From assembly GCF_044324875.1 (NCBI RefSeq), contig NZ_CP172185.1: a stretch of DNA of 64,000 bases; one strand, given 5' to 3'. This document shows positions 44,701-55,517 of the stretch, in pieces. The translations under genes and the position numbers were made by a program. Each line of letters begins with the position of its first letter. Position 1 is the stretch's first letter. The stretch comes from Escherichia coli (GTDB lineage Bacteria; Pseudomonadota; Gammaproteobacteria; Enterobacterales; Enterobacteriaceae). The notes beneath the pieces are model-generated. The model ran no database searches, was not told the DNA's origin, and saw nothing but the letters and a program-made list of their open reading frames with translations.

Positions 44701-45870
44701 TTACTGGCGCTTATCCAGCGCGACAAACTGGCGGTCTTCCGGTCCAACATAATTGGCGGAAGGACGGATAATTTTGTTGTCCTGACGTTGTTCGATAATG
44801 TGCGCCGCCCAGCCGGTGACGCGGGCGATAACAAACAGTGGGGTGAACATCTCGGTGGGAACGCCCATCATGTTGTAGGAAACAGCGGAGAACCAGTCGA
44901 GATTGGGGAACATCTTTTTGCTCTCCCACATCACCGTTTCCAGGCGATCGGCGATGTTGTACATCTTCAGCGAACCGCCTTCCTGCGAGAGCTGCTTCGC
45001 CACGCGTTTGATCACCTGATGACGCGGGTCGGCGATGGTGTAAACCGGATGACCAAAACCAATGACCACTTCTCTGTTTTCCACGCGCTTGCGGATATCG
45101 GCTTCGGCTTCGTCCGGCGTTTCGTAGCGTTGTTGGATCTCCAGCGACACTTCATTCGCCCCGCCGTGTTTCGGCCCGCGCAGTGCGCCAATCGCGCCAA
45201 TAATCGCGGAATACATATCAGAGCCGGTGCCCGCAATCACCCGGCTGGTAAAGGTGGAGGCGTTAAACTCGTGTTCGGCGTACAGCACCAGCGAAATATG
45301 CATCGCCTTTTCCCAGCTTTGCGACGGCTTTTCGCCATGCAGCAGATGCAGGAAGTGACCGCCGATGGAGTCGTCATCGGTTTCTGGCTGGATGCGTTCG
45401 CCGTTGTGGCTGTAGTGATACCAGTAGAGAAGAATCGAGCTAAGCGACGCCAACAGTTTGTCGGCAATATCCCGCGCGCCAGAGACAGTGTGCCCTTCTT
45501 TTTCTGGCAGCGTGCAACCGAGTGCGGAAACGCCTGTGCGCATGACATCCATCGGGTGCGACGCCGCCGGTAAGGCTTCCAGCACGGTACGCACGTTAGC
45601 CGGTAAACCGCGCAGGGCTTTCAGTTTTGTTTTGTAAGCGGCGAGTTCGTCACGGGTCGGCAGTTTGCCGTGGATCAGCAGATGCGCCACTTCTTCAAAT
45701 TCGCAATGTTCCGCCAGATCAATAATATCGTAACCACGGTAATGCAAGTCATTGCCACTTTTACCCACGGTGCAGAGCGCCGTATTGCCCGCCGGAACGC
45801 CAGAAAGTGCCACAGATTTTTTCGGTTTAATGACATGGGTACTGTTTTGCAGGATCGTTGTGTCGCTCAT
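44701..45870 (-). CDS. prpC: 2-methylcitrate synthase
   Basis: 389 aa; citrate-synthase family. Confidence 0.95.
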   Translation of the reverse strand: MSDTTILQNSTHVIKPKKSVALSGVPAGNTALCTVGKSGNDLHYRGYDIIDLAEHCEFEEVAHLLIHGKLPTRDELAAYKTKLKALRGLPANVRTVLEALPAASHPMDVMRTGVSALGCTLPEKEGHTVSGARDIADKLLASLSSILLYWYHYSHNGERIQPETDDDSIGGHFLHLLHGEKPSQSWEKAMHISLVLYAEHEFNASTFTSRVIAGTGSDMYSAIIGAIGALRGPKHGGANEVSLEIQQRYETPDEAEADIRKRVENREVVIGFGHPVYTIADPRHQVIKRVAKQLSQEGGSLKMYNIADRLETVMWESKKMFPNLDWFSAVSYNMMGVPTEMFTPLFVIARVTGWAAHIIEQRQDNKIIRPSANYVGPEDRQFVALDKRQ

Positions 45871-45889
45871 ATTGTCCTCGTCATTGTTA

Positions 45890-46390
45890 TCATTTGTAGG
45901 GTCGAGATTGTTGTCGGATGCGACGCTATGCGTCTTATCCGACCTACAGTTCAGTTCACCCCGCAGGCCTGATAAGCCGCGTCAGCGTCGCATCAGGCAT
46001 CGGTTGTCGGATGCGACGCCATGCGTCTTATCCGACCTACAGTTCAGTTCACCCCGTAGGCCTGATAAGTCGCGTCAGCGGCGCATCAGGCATCGGTTGT
46101 CGGATGCGACGCCATACGTCTTATCCGACCTACAGTTCAGCACGCCCCGTAGGCCTGATAAGCCGCGTCAGCGGCGCATCAGGCATCGGTTGTCGGATGC
46201 GACGCTATGCGTCTTATCCGACCTACAGTTCAGTTCACCCCGTAGGCCTGATAAGCCGCGTCAGCGGCGCATCAGGCATCGGTTGTCGGATGCGACGCTA
46301 TGCGTCTTATCCGACCTACAGTTCAGTTCATCCCGTAGGCCTGATAAGCCGCGTCAGCGGCGCATCAGGCATCGGTTGTCGAATACAACC
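45890..46390. repeat. Tandem REP/BIME array, about 5 copies of a ~95-bp unit, between prpC and prpB
   Basis: Repeated GTCGGATGCGACGC…CTTATCCGACCTACAGTTCAG…GGCCTGATAAGCCGCGTCAGCG…CATCAGGCATCGGTT; ORF-track peptides repeat with about 32-aa period. Confidence 0.85.
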
Positions 46391-46402
46391 AACGGGCGTT
46401 TT

Positions 46403-47293
46403 TTATTTCGCCTGGCTACGGGCAAACAGGTCGTCGAGCTTCTCTTCGTACTGGTAATAGTTGATGCTTTCGTACAGTTCGTTGCGGGTCTGCATGGTGT
46501 CGATGACGCTTTTCTGCGTGCCTTCCTGACGCAGGACGTTGTAGACATGTTCGGCGGCGCGGTTCATGGCGCGAAACGCTGAAAGCGGGTACAGCGCCAT
46601 TGCAACATGGGCACTGCGTAATTCATCGGTAGTAAACAGCGGTGTTGCGCCAAATTCGGTAATGTTGGCGAGGATTGGCACCTGCACCGCATCGGCAAAC
46701 TGGCGGTACATAGCGAGTTCGGTAATCGCCTCCGGGAACAACATCTCGGCACCCGCTTCAACATAGGCCCGCGCACGCTCGATCGCCGCATCCAGCCCTT
46801 CAACCGCCAGCGCATCGGTGCGCGCCATGATCACAAAATCAGGATCGGTTTTCGCATCCACCGCCGCGCGGATCCGATCCACCATCTCCTCTTTCGAGAC
46901 GATCGCTTTATTCGGGCGATGGCCGCAGCGTTTCGCACCAACCTGATCTTCAATATGCAATCCCGCCGCACCGGCTTTAATCATCGATTTCACGGTGCGC
47001 GCAACGTTAAAAGCAGAAGAACCAAAACCGATATCCGCATCTACCAGCAGCGGCAGCGAGCAGACGTCGGTGATACGGCGAATGTCGGTCAGCACGTCAT
47101 CAAGGGTAGAAATACCGAGATCGGGCAGCCCCAGCGAACCTGCCGCCACGCCACCGCCGGAAAGATAAATCGCCTGATATCCGGCACGCTGCGCCAACAG
47201 CGCATGGTTAGCGTTGATGGTGCCAACAATCTGCAATGGATTTTCTTTAGTCAGTGCAGCGCGAAACGCTTTACCTGGAGAGTGTAGAGACAT
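46403..47293 (-). CDS. prpB: 2-methylisocitrate lyase
   Basis: 296 aa; PEP-mutase/isocitrate-lyase family. Confidence 0.95.
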   Translation of the reverse strand: MSLHSPGKAFRAALTKENPLQIVGTINANHALLAQRAGYQAIYLSGGGVAAGSLGLPDLGISTLDDVLTDIRRITDVCSLPLLVDADIGFGSSAFNVARTVKSMIKAGAAGLHIEDQVGAKRCGHRPNKAIVSKEEMVDRIRAAVDAKTDPDFVIMARTDALAVEGLDAAIERARAYVEAGAEMLFPEAITELAMYRQFADAVQVPILANITEFGATPLFTTDELRSAHVAMALYPLSAFRAMNRAAEHVYNVLRQEGTQKSVIDTMQTRNELYESINYYQYEEKLDDLFARSQAK

Positions 47294-47340
47294 AGCCCAT
47301 CCTTTGTTATCAACTTGTTATTTGCGTTAATAAAGACAAA

Positions 47341-47356
47341 GCAAGGGGTGTGCCAC
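47341..47356 (-). promoter_or_regulatory. Sigma-54 (-24/-12) promoter for prpBCDE
   Basis: Reverse strand reads G-TGGCAC-ACCCC-TTGC (GG and GC with canonical spacing), about 45 bp upstream of the prpB start, facing prpB. Confidence 0.8.
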
Positions 47357-47531
47357 AATTGCCTGAATAAAATTAAATGTTTTATTTCAATTTGTTAGAG
47401 ATAAAGTCATGAAGTAATCCGCAAATATGCGTTTCAGTTAACGTTTCAGGCAATGTTTCACCGCGTTTCATTGCAACAATTATGAAACAAGACTAAACCC
47501 AATATTCAGTTTCTTAACTTTGCGGTGCGCT

Positions 47532-49118
47532 ATGGCACATCCACCACGGCTGAATGACGACAAACCGGTTATCTGGACGGTATCGGTGACGCGCCTGTTC
47601 GAGCTGTTTCGCGATATCAGCCTCGAGTTTGATCATCTGGCGAACATTACCCCTATCCAGCTTGGCTTTGAAAAAGCGGTGACCTACATCCGCAAGAAAC
47701 TGGCAAGCGAACGCTGTGACGCCATCATCGCTGCTGGCTCTAACGGCGCATATCTTAAAAGCCGCCTGTCAGTGCCAGTTATTTTGATTAAACCGAGCGG
47801 CTACGATGTGTTGCAGGCACTGGCAAAAGCCGGAAAACTCACCTCTTCTATCGGCGTTGTCACTTATCAGGAAACCATTCCAGCGCTGGTGGCGTTTCAA
47901 AAAACCTTTAATTTGCGCCTCGACCAACGTAGCTACATTACAGAGGAAGACGCACGCGGGCAGATTAACGAGCTGAAAGCTAACGGCACCGAAGCGGTGG
48001 TCGGCGCAGGGCTGATTACCGATTTGGCAGAAGAAGCCGGAATGACCGGAATTTTTATCTATTCCGCCGCCACCGTGCGCCAGGCATTCAGCGATGCGCT
48101 GGATATGACGCGCATGTCGTTACGCCATAACACTCACGATGCCACCCGTAACGCCCTGCGTACTCGTTACGTGCTGGGCGATATGCTCGGTCAATCACCA
48201 CAGATGGAACAGGTACGGCAGACTATTTTGCTGTATGCCCGCTCCAGTGCAGCGGTGTTGATTGAAGGGGAAACGGGGACGGGCAAAGAGCTGGCGGCCC
48301 AGGCGATTCATCGGGAATATTTTGCCCGCCACGATGCGCGACAGGGCAAAAAGTCACATCCGTTTGTTGCCGTCAACTGCGGGGCGATTGCCGAATCGCT
48401 GCTGGAGGCAGAGCTGTTTGGCTATGAGGAAGGGGCGTTTACCGGCTCGCGACGCGGAGGTCGCGCCGGGCTGTTCGAAATCGCCCACGGTGGTACGCTG
48501 TTTCTGGATGAGATTGGCGAAATGCCGCTACCTTTGCAGACTCGCCTGTTACGGGTGCTGGAAGAAAAAGAGGTCACCCGCGTCGGCGGGCATCAGCCTG
48601 TTCCGGTGGATGTGCGAGTCATTAGCGCCACTCACTGCAATCTGGAAGAAGATATGCGGCAAGGGCAGTTTCGCCGTGATCTGTTTTATCGGCTGAGTAT
48701 TTTGCGTCTGCAATTGCCACCACTGCGCGAGCGGGTGACGGATATTCTGCCGCTGGCGGAAAGCTTTTTGAAAGTGTCTCTGGCGGCGCTCTCCGCCCCG
48801 TTTTCTGCCGCATTACGCCAGGGATTACAGGCAAGCGAAACCGTGCTGGTGCACTACGACTGGCCGGGCAATATTCGTGAACTGCGCAATATGATGGAGC
48901 GACTGGCGCTGTTTTTAAGTGTGGAACCGACGCCGGATTTAACGCCGCAATTTTTGCAGCTGCTACTGCCGGAACTGGCGCGCGAGTCGGCGAAAATTCC
49001 CGCCCCATCCTTGCTGACACCACTACAGGCACTGGAGAAATTTAATGGCGATAAAACAGCAGCGGCGAATTATTTAGGCATCAGCCGGACGACGTTCTGG
49101 CGGCGGCTGAAAAGCTGA
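47532..49118 (+). CDS. prpR: Sigma-54-dependent activator of the prp operon
   Basis: 528-aa frame from [15 protein letters not shown]…; AAA+ sigma54-interaction motif [12 protein letters not shown]-terminal HTH. Confidence 0.95.
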   Translation: MAHPPRLNDDKPVIWTVSVTRLFELFRDISLEFDHLANITPIQLGFEKAVTYIRKKLASERCDAIIAAGSNGAYLKSRLSVPVILIKPSGYDVLQALAKAGKLTSSIGVVTYQETIPALVAFQKTFNLRLDQRSYITEEDARGQINELKANGTEAVVGAGLITDLAEEAGMTGIFIYSAATVRQAFSDALDMTRMSLRHNTHDATRNALRTRYVLGDMLGQSPQMEQVRQTILLYARSSAAVLIEGETGTGKELAAQAIHREYFARHDARQGKKSHPFVAVNCGAIAESLLEAELFGYEEGAFTGSRRGGRAGLFEIAHGGTLFLDEIGEMPLPLQTRLLRVLEEKEVTRVGGHQPVPVDVRVISATHCNLEEDMRQGQFRRDLFYRLSILRLQLPPLRERVTDILPLAESFLKVSLAALSAPFSAALRQGLQASETVLVHYDWPGNIRELRNMMERLALFLSVEPTPDLTPQFLQLLLPELARESAKIPAPSLLTPLQALEKFNGDKTAAANYLGISRTTFWRRLKS

Positions 49119-49215
49119 ACTGCCGAATGCAGCGCGAACGCTTTCTCCGGCATAAATTTCAATAGATGATCACCGATAAACTTACGCATCGGGGATGTTT
49201 ACATAGGGTTCAGAA

Positions 49216-49491
49216 TTACTTCTTCTTATAAATATTTGCCGTGCCGTGGATCTTATTGTCAGTTTGACCAGAGGTCAGTACCAACACATCAGCCCCTTTT
49301 TCATCCGCTTTTTTGATCAAATCTTCTTTCGCATCTGCGGTCGACATTTCATTACTGGTTGAAATATCACCTATTTTTTCATATTGCGATTCAACCTTTT
49401 CAAATTCCGCTTTGGTCATTAATTCTGCGGCATAGACATTGGTAACGGCAAACGCTAACGCACCGACTAACATTTTAGAGATTATTTTCAT
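49216..49491 (-). CDS. yahO: Small periplasmic protein YahO (DUF1471)
   Basis: 91 aa with signal peptide [21 protein letters not shown]. Confidence 0.8.
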   Translation of the reverse strand: MKIISKMLVGALAFAVTNVYAAELMTKAEFEKVESQYEKIGDISTSNEMSTADAKEDLIKKADEKGADVLVLTSGQTDNKIHGTANIYKKK

Positions 49492-49637
49492 ATTACGGCT
49501 CCAGAGTTGTTATCACACTATCACCCACCCACATTATTGGGTTGATTAATAATTAGTTCAGTCAGGGCATAAACGCCAGTAACCGGAAATAAGACACTTT
49601 GTGATCTCTCTCGCACCCGATTATTTTTGGTAGAAAT

Positions 49638-50309
49638 ATGATGAAGTTACTTCACTTATTTATGGATGAAATCACTATGGATCCTTTGCACGCCGTTTAT
49701 CTGACCGTAGGACTGTTCGTGATTACTTTTTTTAATCCGGGAGCCAATCTCTTTGTGGTAGTACAAACCAGCCTGGCTTCCGGTCGACGCGCAGGAGTGC
49801 TGACCGGACTGGGCGTGGCGTTGGGCGATGCATTTTATTCCGGGTTGGGTTTGTTTGGTCTTGCAACGCTAATTACGCAGTGTGAGGAGATTTTTTCGCT
49901 TATCAGAATCGTTGGCGGCGCTTATCTCTTATGGTTTGCGTGGTGCAGCATGCGCCGCCAGTCAACACCGCAAATGAGCACACTACAACAACCGATTAGC
50001 GCCCCCTGGTATGTTTTTTTTCGACGTGGATTAATTACCGATCTCTCTAACCCGCAAACCGTTTTATTTTTTATCAGTATTTTCTCAGTAACATTAAATG
50101 CCGAAACACCAACATGGGCACGTTTAATGGCCTGGGCGGGGATTGTGCTCGCATCAGTTATCTGGCGCGTTTTTCTTAGTCAGGCGTTTTCTTTGCCCGC
50201 TGTGCGTCGTGCTTATGGGCGTATGCAACGCGTTGCCAGTCGGGTTATTGGTGCAATTATTGGTATATTCGCGCTACGCCTGATTTACGAAGGGGTGATG
50301 CAGCGGTGA
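49638..50309 (+). CDS. yahN: LysE/RhtB-family amino-acid exporter
   Basis: 223-aa polytopic membrane protein. Confidence 0.8.
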   Translation: MMKLLHLFMDEITMDPLHAVYLTVGLFVITFFNPGANLFVVVQTSLASGRRAGVLTGLGVALGDAFYSGLGLFGLATLITQCEEIFSLIRIVGGAYLLWFAWCSMRRQSTPQMSTLQQPISAPWYVFFRRGLITDLSNPQTVLFFISIFSVTLNAETPTWARLMAWAGIVLASVIWRVFLSQAFSLPAVRRAYGRMQRVASRVIGAIIGIFALRLIYEGVMQR

Positions 50310-50325
50310 GCAGATAATTTACTCT

Positions 50326-50571
50326 CTACGTAATCAACCTGATTTGCCAAATCCCGGTCATCGGCGATGATAGCCCCCGTAATGCGTGGTCCTTATTTCC
50401 GATAAGTTTACTTGAGTCTTTAGCTTCCCATTTCAGCCCACTCTCCCCTGTATGGGCTTTTTTCATTGCTCTGACCCGCCCTGAATAGCCAAACAATGGC
50501 AATGTTTCACTTTGCAGGGATGATAATAAGGGGAGCTGATTCAGAAGAGTTATGAAAAGTTGGACCGCCAT
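50326..50571 (-). CDS. yahM: Small hypothetical protein YahM
   Basis: 81-aa frame from the internal Met of ORF 50326..50601; assigned by position and length only. Confidence 0.45.
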   Translation of the reverse strand: MAVQLFITLLNQLPLLSSLQSETLPLFGYSGRVRAMKKAHTGESGLKWEAKDSSKLIGNKDHALRGLSSPMTGIWQIRLIT

Positions 50572-50983
50572 CGAGGCCTCGAACCCCGTACCATACAACA
50601 ATCCTGGTTGTCGTCTGCTCTTCCTGATGAGCTAATGGCGGTTTTTGATATGAGCCTTACAGCATATTTTCTGTCAGGCTTGAGTGCGATGCGTAAGGTA
50701 CAGAAAAGACCCCACACAAACATGATGGAATTATGATTTTTTTCATATGAATGTCAACCCACACATTCACAAAACACCTGCATGAGATCATTTTTTATAC
50801 ACCACATAGCTGCAAAACTACTACTGGTGATTTTTTAAGCGAAGCGTCGCCGATCACAACAAAATATCGGCGAAAAAGGCGGTGGAATGCCATTTGGCAT
50901 ACGGATATACAGATGAAATGATCACCTGCTTTGCGATTCACTCTCTGCTGGAATAACAACTTGCAGGTGGAACCCTTTCTGAA

Positions 50984-51799
50984 CTAAAGAGTGTAGCGGA
51001 TTTTAACGTGCTTATTTACAGGATAATATCTGTCACCTAATTCCTGCACTCTATTCGATATCCATTCGTTTAATCGCGCATCATCTCTGTATGTTTTTAC
51101 GTCCAGAACAGAGAGCAATAACATCACCAGCGATTCAGGAAAAACAGGGTAGATATTTTTTAAGTGTAATAATAATCCATGCGCAAGCGCCTGCTTAATT
51201 GGTGCGTCGCTCTCCGGAATAGACGACATTTCGCGAAGCCATTTTTCCACATGCATACACTCTTTCCCTTTAGGGAAAAGTCTCAGTAAAGGCATATGGT
51301 GTTCAAGAAGAATACATTTGCAATCTGTTCGCACTGAATCGATAAACTGCACTAATTTCTTAAGCCCGGTAAAGCGTCCAGCCTGCACATTTGCTTTAAT
51401 ATCAAGAAACGCATCATCCTGGTCATATACCCAAACTGTCCCTTTTTGATTTTCAAGTATGCGAAAAACAAACTTAACCGGGTAATCAGGGTAATCCATC
51501 CAGTCATAAAATCCCGGGAAATCATTAAACTGTACATTTATGGTAAGTGCGTTATCGTCTGACCACTCACAGTCTCGTACGGCAGCCATGAGATGAATGA
51601 GTTTGTCATCATCGACTAAATCATCACGACAATCATAAGGATAATCATAATATTGTTTAATCAAAACCTTGAATATATCGACACAGGAAACCAGGGAGCT
51701 TTTGATATCCTCCGGTAACTGATTGTTTTTAACCGTATTAAGTATGCTTTGTTGCGTATATGGCATCAAATTATTGTACGGAGCTTTTAATGATATCAT
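50984..51799 (-). CDS. yahL: Hypothetical protein YahL
   Basis: 271-aa ORF in AT-rich DNA; assigned by position and length; no recognisable domain. Confidence 0.65.
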   Translation of the reverse strand: MISLKAPYNNLMPYTQQSILNTVKNNQLPEDIKSSLVSCVDIFKVLIKQYYDYPYDCRDDLVDDDKLIHLMAAVRDCEWSDDNALTINVQFNDFPGFYDWMDYPDYPVKFVFRILENQKGTVWVYDQDDAFLDIKANVQAGRFTGLKKLVQFIDSVRTDCKCILLEHHMPLLRLFPKGKECMHVEKWLREMSSIPESDAPIKQALAHGLLLHLKNIYPVFPESLVMLLLSVLDVKTYRDDARLNEWISNRVQELGDRYYPVNKHVKIRYTL

Positions 51800-52041
51800 C
51801 GCGATCTCTCTTAAATAAAAATAAACGTCGCAGATAATAAAGCCCTGATTAAACCAGGCACTATCAGAAATCGCTCATAACTAACGTATGAAGTATTGTG
51901 TCCTGGAGGGAGTTAATTTAACAATTTGAATTTACGTTATAGGTTTTACCGCTACTTTGATATTATTTCGCTCTCCTTAACTAAAAAGTTAAGTGGAGAG
52001 CGAAGTTAATATGTTAAACCACAGGGTATTTATTAATTGTT

Positions 52042-53091
52042 TCAGTCTGTTAGTGTGCGATTATCGATAACAAAACGATATTTCACATCTCCTCGCAGCA
52101 TTCGCTCATAGGCTTCATTAATTTGATCGGCCCGAATCATCTCTATATCAGCCACGATGCCATGTTCGGCGCAAAAATCGAGCATCTCCTGTGTTTCTGG
52201 AATGCCGCCAATCATAGAGCCGGCTATCGCGCGGCGTTTCATGATCAGGTTGAAAACTTCCGGCGATTTATGCGGTGTCGCAGGCGCACCAACCAGCGTC
52301 ATGGTGCCATCGCGCTTCAGCAAGGTGGTAAAATCGTCGAGATTATGTGGCGCAGCTACTGTATTCAAAATGAAATCGAAACTCTTCAGATGAGCCGCCA
52401 TCTCATCGGCATTGCGTGAGTTAACAACTTCATCGGCCCCCAGGGCTTTTGCCGCTTCGCGTTTTGCCTCAGAAGTGGTAAATGCCACCACATGTGCCCC
52501 CATCGCGTGGGCCAGCTTAATCCCCATATGTCCCAGACCGCCGATGCCAACCACGCCCACTTTTTTACCCGGCCCGGCCTGCCAGTGACGTAGCGGCGAG
52601 TATGTGGTGATCCCTGCACACAATAAAGGAGCCACCGCCGCCAGCTGCTCTTGCGGGTGACGAATACGCAGAACATATCGCTCATGAACGACGATCTGTT
52701 GTGAGTAGCCGCCCAGCGTATGGCCCGGTTCGTCCGGCGTCGGCGAGTTATAGGTGCCGGTCATGTGATCACAGTAGTTTTCCAGCCCGTCTTCACACTC
52801 TTCGCAATGTTTACAACTGTCGACAATACAGCCGACACCGACCAGATCGCCCGTCGCATGTTTTTCTACCTGATCACCAACGGCTACCACACGCCCCACA
52901 ATTTCATGACCCGGCACGCAGGGGTAAACCGTCCCCGCCCACTCGGAACGGACCTGGTGGATATCGGAATGGCAGACGCCACAGTAAGCGATTTCAATTT
53001 TGACATCATGCGGTCCCGGTTCACGCCTGGTAATATCCATCGGTTCCAGCGGTTGCGTCGCGGAATAAGCACCAATAGCCTTGATATTCAT
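52042..53091 (-). CDS. yahK: NADPH-dependent Zn-type aldehyde reductase / alcohol dehydrogenase
   Basis: 349-aa frame from MNIKAIGAYSATQPLEP…; GHEIVG catalytic Zn motif, Cys cluster CKHCEECEDGLENYC, Rossmann GIGGLGH. Confidence 0.9.
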   Translation of the reverse strand: MNIKAIGAYSATQPLEPMDITRREPGPHDVKIEIAYCGVCHSDIHQVRSEWAGTVYPCVPGHEIVGRVVAVGDQVEKHATGDLVGVGCIVDSCKHCEECEDGLENYCDHMTGTYNSPTPDEPGHTLGGYSQQIVVHERYVLRIRHPQEQLAAVAPLLCAGITTYSPLRHWQAGPGKKVGVVGIGGLGHMGIKLAHAMGAHVVAFTTSEAKREAAKALGADEVVNSRNADEMAAHLKSFDFILNTVAAPHNLDDFTTLLKRDGTMTLVGAPATPHKSPEVFNLIMKRRAIAGSMIGGIPETQEMLDFCAEHGIVADIEMIRADQINEAYERMLRGDVKYRFVIDNRTLTD

Positions 53092-53362
53092 TGCATTCAC
53101 TCCTGTTCGAAGAGGTATCTGGATGATGTGAGGAACGTCTTTGCAGCAAAACTCGCTCATTCAATATAGCCAATGAATGGTTGCCCGTGATGGGCTCTGA
53201 GACGTTGATACCGGAGAGTTTAATGACCAATAGTGGTGTCGTTTTTCGTGGCAGATCACACTTTCTGGCACCAGCGATATCCCTTTTCCGCCTTAAAACC
53301 GGGGCGGTATCGTGACTGGCGAATTAGACTGCCGTGAAATTCAATTATTACGCACACGCCGT

Positions 53363-54010
53363 TTACCCCGCAAAAGAAACACGCAATAACTTTAACTGCC
53401 CGTTAATCATGCCAAATTCCAGTATAGTTGTGCCATCACAAACAGCCGGTGGAATTTGTTCATTAGCCTGCGAACCAATATTCAGCGTAATGCCATCGTC
53501 AGAAATATTCCCCGACATCGCCAGTTCACATATTCCCGTGACGTAGTGGCGCTCCCCTTTCTCTTCGTAATAGAAACGTCCATCATTGAGGGGATAATAT
53601 TTTCTTTTTTGCTCCGCTGGCGTCAGCGAATGACTGAGATAATCATCAATCCATTGGGTACCCGGATGTATCGTGAATTTTGTGACATTATGCAGACGCC
53701 GCATAATGGTTTCTGAATGGCGATCAAATAGTGCTTCTGTGAAGGGTTCAGATTCAGGCAACTCAATCTCAGCGAGAAAGCCGAAATAGGTATCGTAGGG
53801 GAATTTTAAGAAGGTTTTTAGTTTCGTGGCATTCTTTGCACTCAGCGCTTGCTGAAACTTTTGCAATTGCGTTAAGGCATCTTTTTTCTGCTCCGGCGTG
53901 ACCAGGGGCTGTATGCGCACCGCCTCGCATTCGTGTTGTGAATTTCCAGCAGGGCAAGTTGCCAGGACGGCCTGACTCAGAAACAACAGCGATAACCAAA
54001 GAAATTTCAC
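53363..54010 (-). CDS. Hypothetical secreted/periplasmic protein (no name assigned)
   Basis: 215-aa ORF with signal peptide MKFLWLSLLFLSQAVLA and four Cys in the mature part; sits between yahK and yahJ. Confidence 0.5.
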   Translation of the reverse strand: MKFLWLSLLFLSQAVLATCPAGNSQHECEAVRIQPLVTPEQKKDALTQLQKFQQALSAKNATKLKTFLKFPYDTYFGFLAEIELPESEPFTEALFDRHSETIMRRLHNVTKFTIHPGTQWIDDYLSHSLTPAEQKRKYYPLNDGRFYYEEKGERHYVTGICELAMSGNISDDGITLNIGSQANEQIPPAVCDGTTILEFGMINGQLKLLRVSFAG

Positions 54011-54129
54011 GGCGTCTATCCATCCCTGGATAAAAAAGATAATCCGCAGTGTACGTCATGGGCAAAACGCAGAGGATATCGGGTTTTAAAATCGGAATAG
54101 TGCCTGCCCGGATATCCTCGCTGATAACG

Positions 54130-55508
54130 TTACACCACACTCCCCCACACCAGTTGTCCTTTATGGAACGTTGCCGTTCTCGGCGAGATACGCGCCACCG
54201 CCTCGGCGGAACAGGAGGCGTCCACCAGCACAAAACTGGCGTCATCCTGCGCTTTGGGCCACACGCGCTCGCCTTTTTCATTCAGCGGCAATACATCGCC
54301 AGTGGCTAAAAACAGCGAACGGGACAAATTCTGTTCGTTAGGGCGAATATAGAGCTGCGCGTACAGATTGGCTTTTTCCAGCATGTCGCCCAGGCCATAA
54401 GGTGACCAGTGGTCAATAACGCTGTCAGTTCCGGTCATGACTTTTACGCCTTTGTCGTGCAACTGTTTGAGCGGCATATGCAGCGTGCCAATCGGCACCG
54501 TCGAGGCGATAGAAATTTGCTGCGCCGCCATCCGGTGCGCCAGTTCATCTACCTGTTGTTCGTTGAGCGTTGCCAACGCAAAGGCGTGACTGATGGTCAG
54601 CTTGCCCTTCAGCTGTGGCGTTTTCTCTACCGTTTCAACCATATAATTGATGGCTGCCACACCTGCCGGAGTGGTTTCGTGCAGGTGAATATCGACGCCT
54701 TTGTCGTAGTCCAGCGCAATCTGAAACATGGTGTCGAGGGATTTTTCCATCGCGCCATCAACACTGGTTGGGTCCAGCCCGCCGACGTAATGCGCGCCCG
54801 CCTGCATCGCTTCACGCATTAAGGGTTCTGATTTCGACAGCAGCAAACCGTGCTGCGGGAAGGCGACGATTTCACACTCGAAGCCCGCCTGACGTCGCGC
54901 CAGCACCGCCTGCAAATTTTGCAGATTTTTCAGGCCGGAAACCGGTTCGATATTGCAGTGGCTGCGGGCAATGGTGGTGCCTTTCGACTGCAATAAATCG
55001 ATCAGTTTTTCCGCTCGTTCCTGAGTGTACGGTTGCAGCTCCGGCAGCATTTTCTGCTCGAGTTTGATCATGTCCTGGATGGTGGTCCTGCCGGGCGATT
55101 GAGCGAGCGCCACGGCCCGCCGTAAAAGGTTTTGTCGAGATGAATATGCATGTCGCGGGTGGTGGGCAGCATCAGCTTACCGCCAGCGTCATAGTGCGGC
55201 AGCGTGGCGTCCGGATGCTGCTTGTTCTCGCGCAGGGCAACAATTTTGCCGTTCTGAATCTCTACGGTCTGGTGCGCCGTGCGGGTCTGTACCGCCACAC
55301 CGTTTTCGTAGTCAAAACCGGTTTCCAGCAGCACGTTGTCGAGATAGTAGTGCGGGTCAGTGATTTTCATGGTGTTATTCGCGTCGCAGTTTAGGGTGCC
55401 AGAGACTGCCGCATGGGCGAGCGGCACAGAGGTACCAAACAGCGCGGCGGCGGTGACCATCTTACAGCTCTGGCTCAGAAACTCACGGCGGCTATTGTTT
55501 TTTTTCAT
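54130..55508 (-). pseudogene. yahJ: Tat-signal amidohydrolase/deaminase YahJ, split by an apparent frameshift
   Basis: ORFs 55068..55508 (146 aa, Tat motif SRREFL) and 54130..55113 (327 aa) overlap by 46 bp in different frames and together cover one amidohydrolase-length gene. Confidence 0.7.
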
Positions 55509-55517
55509 CTTACGTCC

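Noticed and set aside
50560-50650. CUGAUGAG motif and an 8-bp long-range stem (ACCGCCAT…ATGGCGGT) near the yahM start, considered as a hammerhead-like or structured RNA
   Set aside because: No correctly placed GAAA core or stem II/III arrangement in any hammerhead permutation; the stem overlaps the putative yahM coding start. Likely coincidental.
53769-54281. 170-aa minus-strand ORF overlapping the 215-aa signal-peptide ORF and the yahJ 3' end
   Set aside because: Alternative frame of the same DNA; Arg/Pro/Trp-rich low-complexity translation; the overlapping frames look more protein-like.
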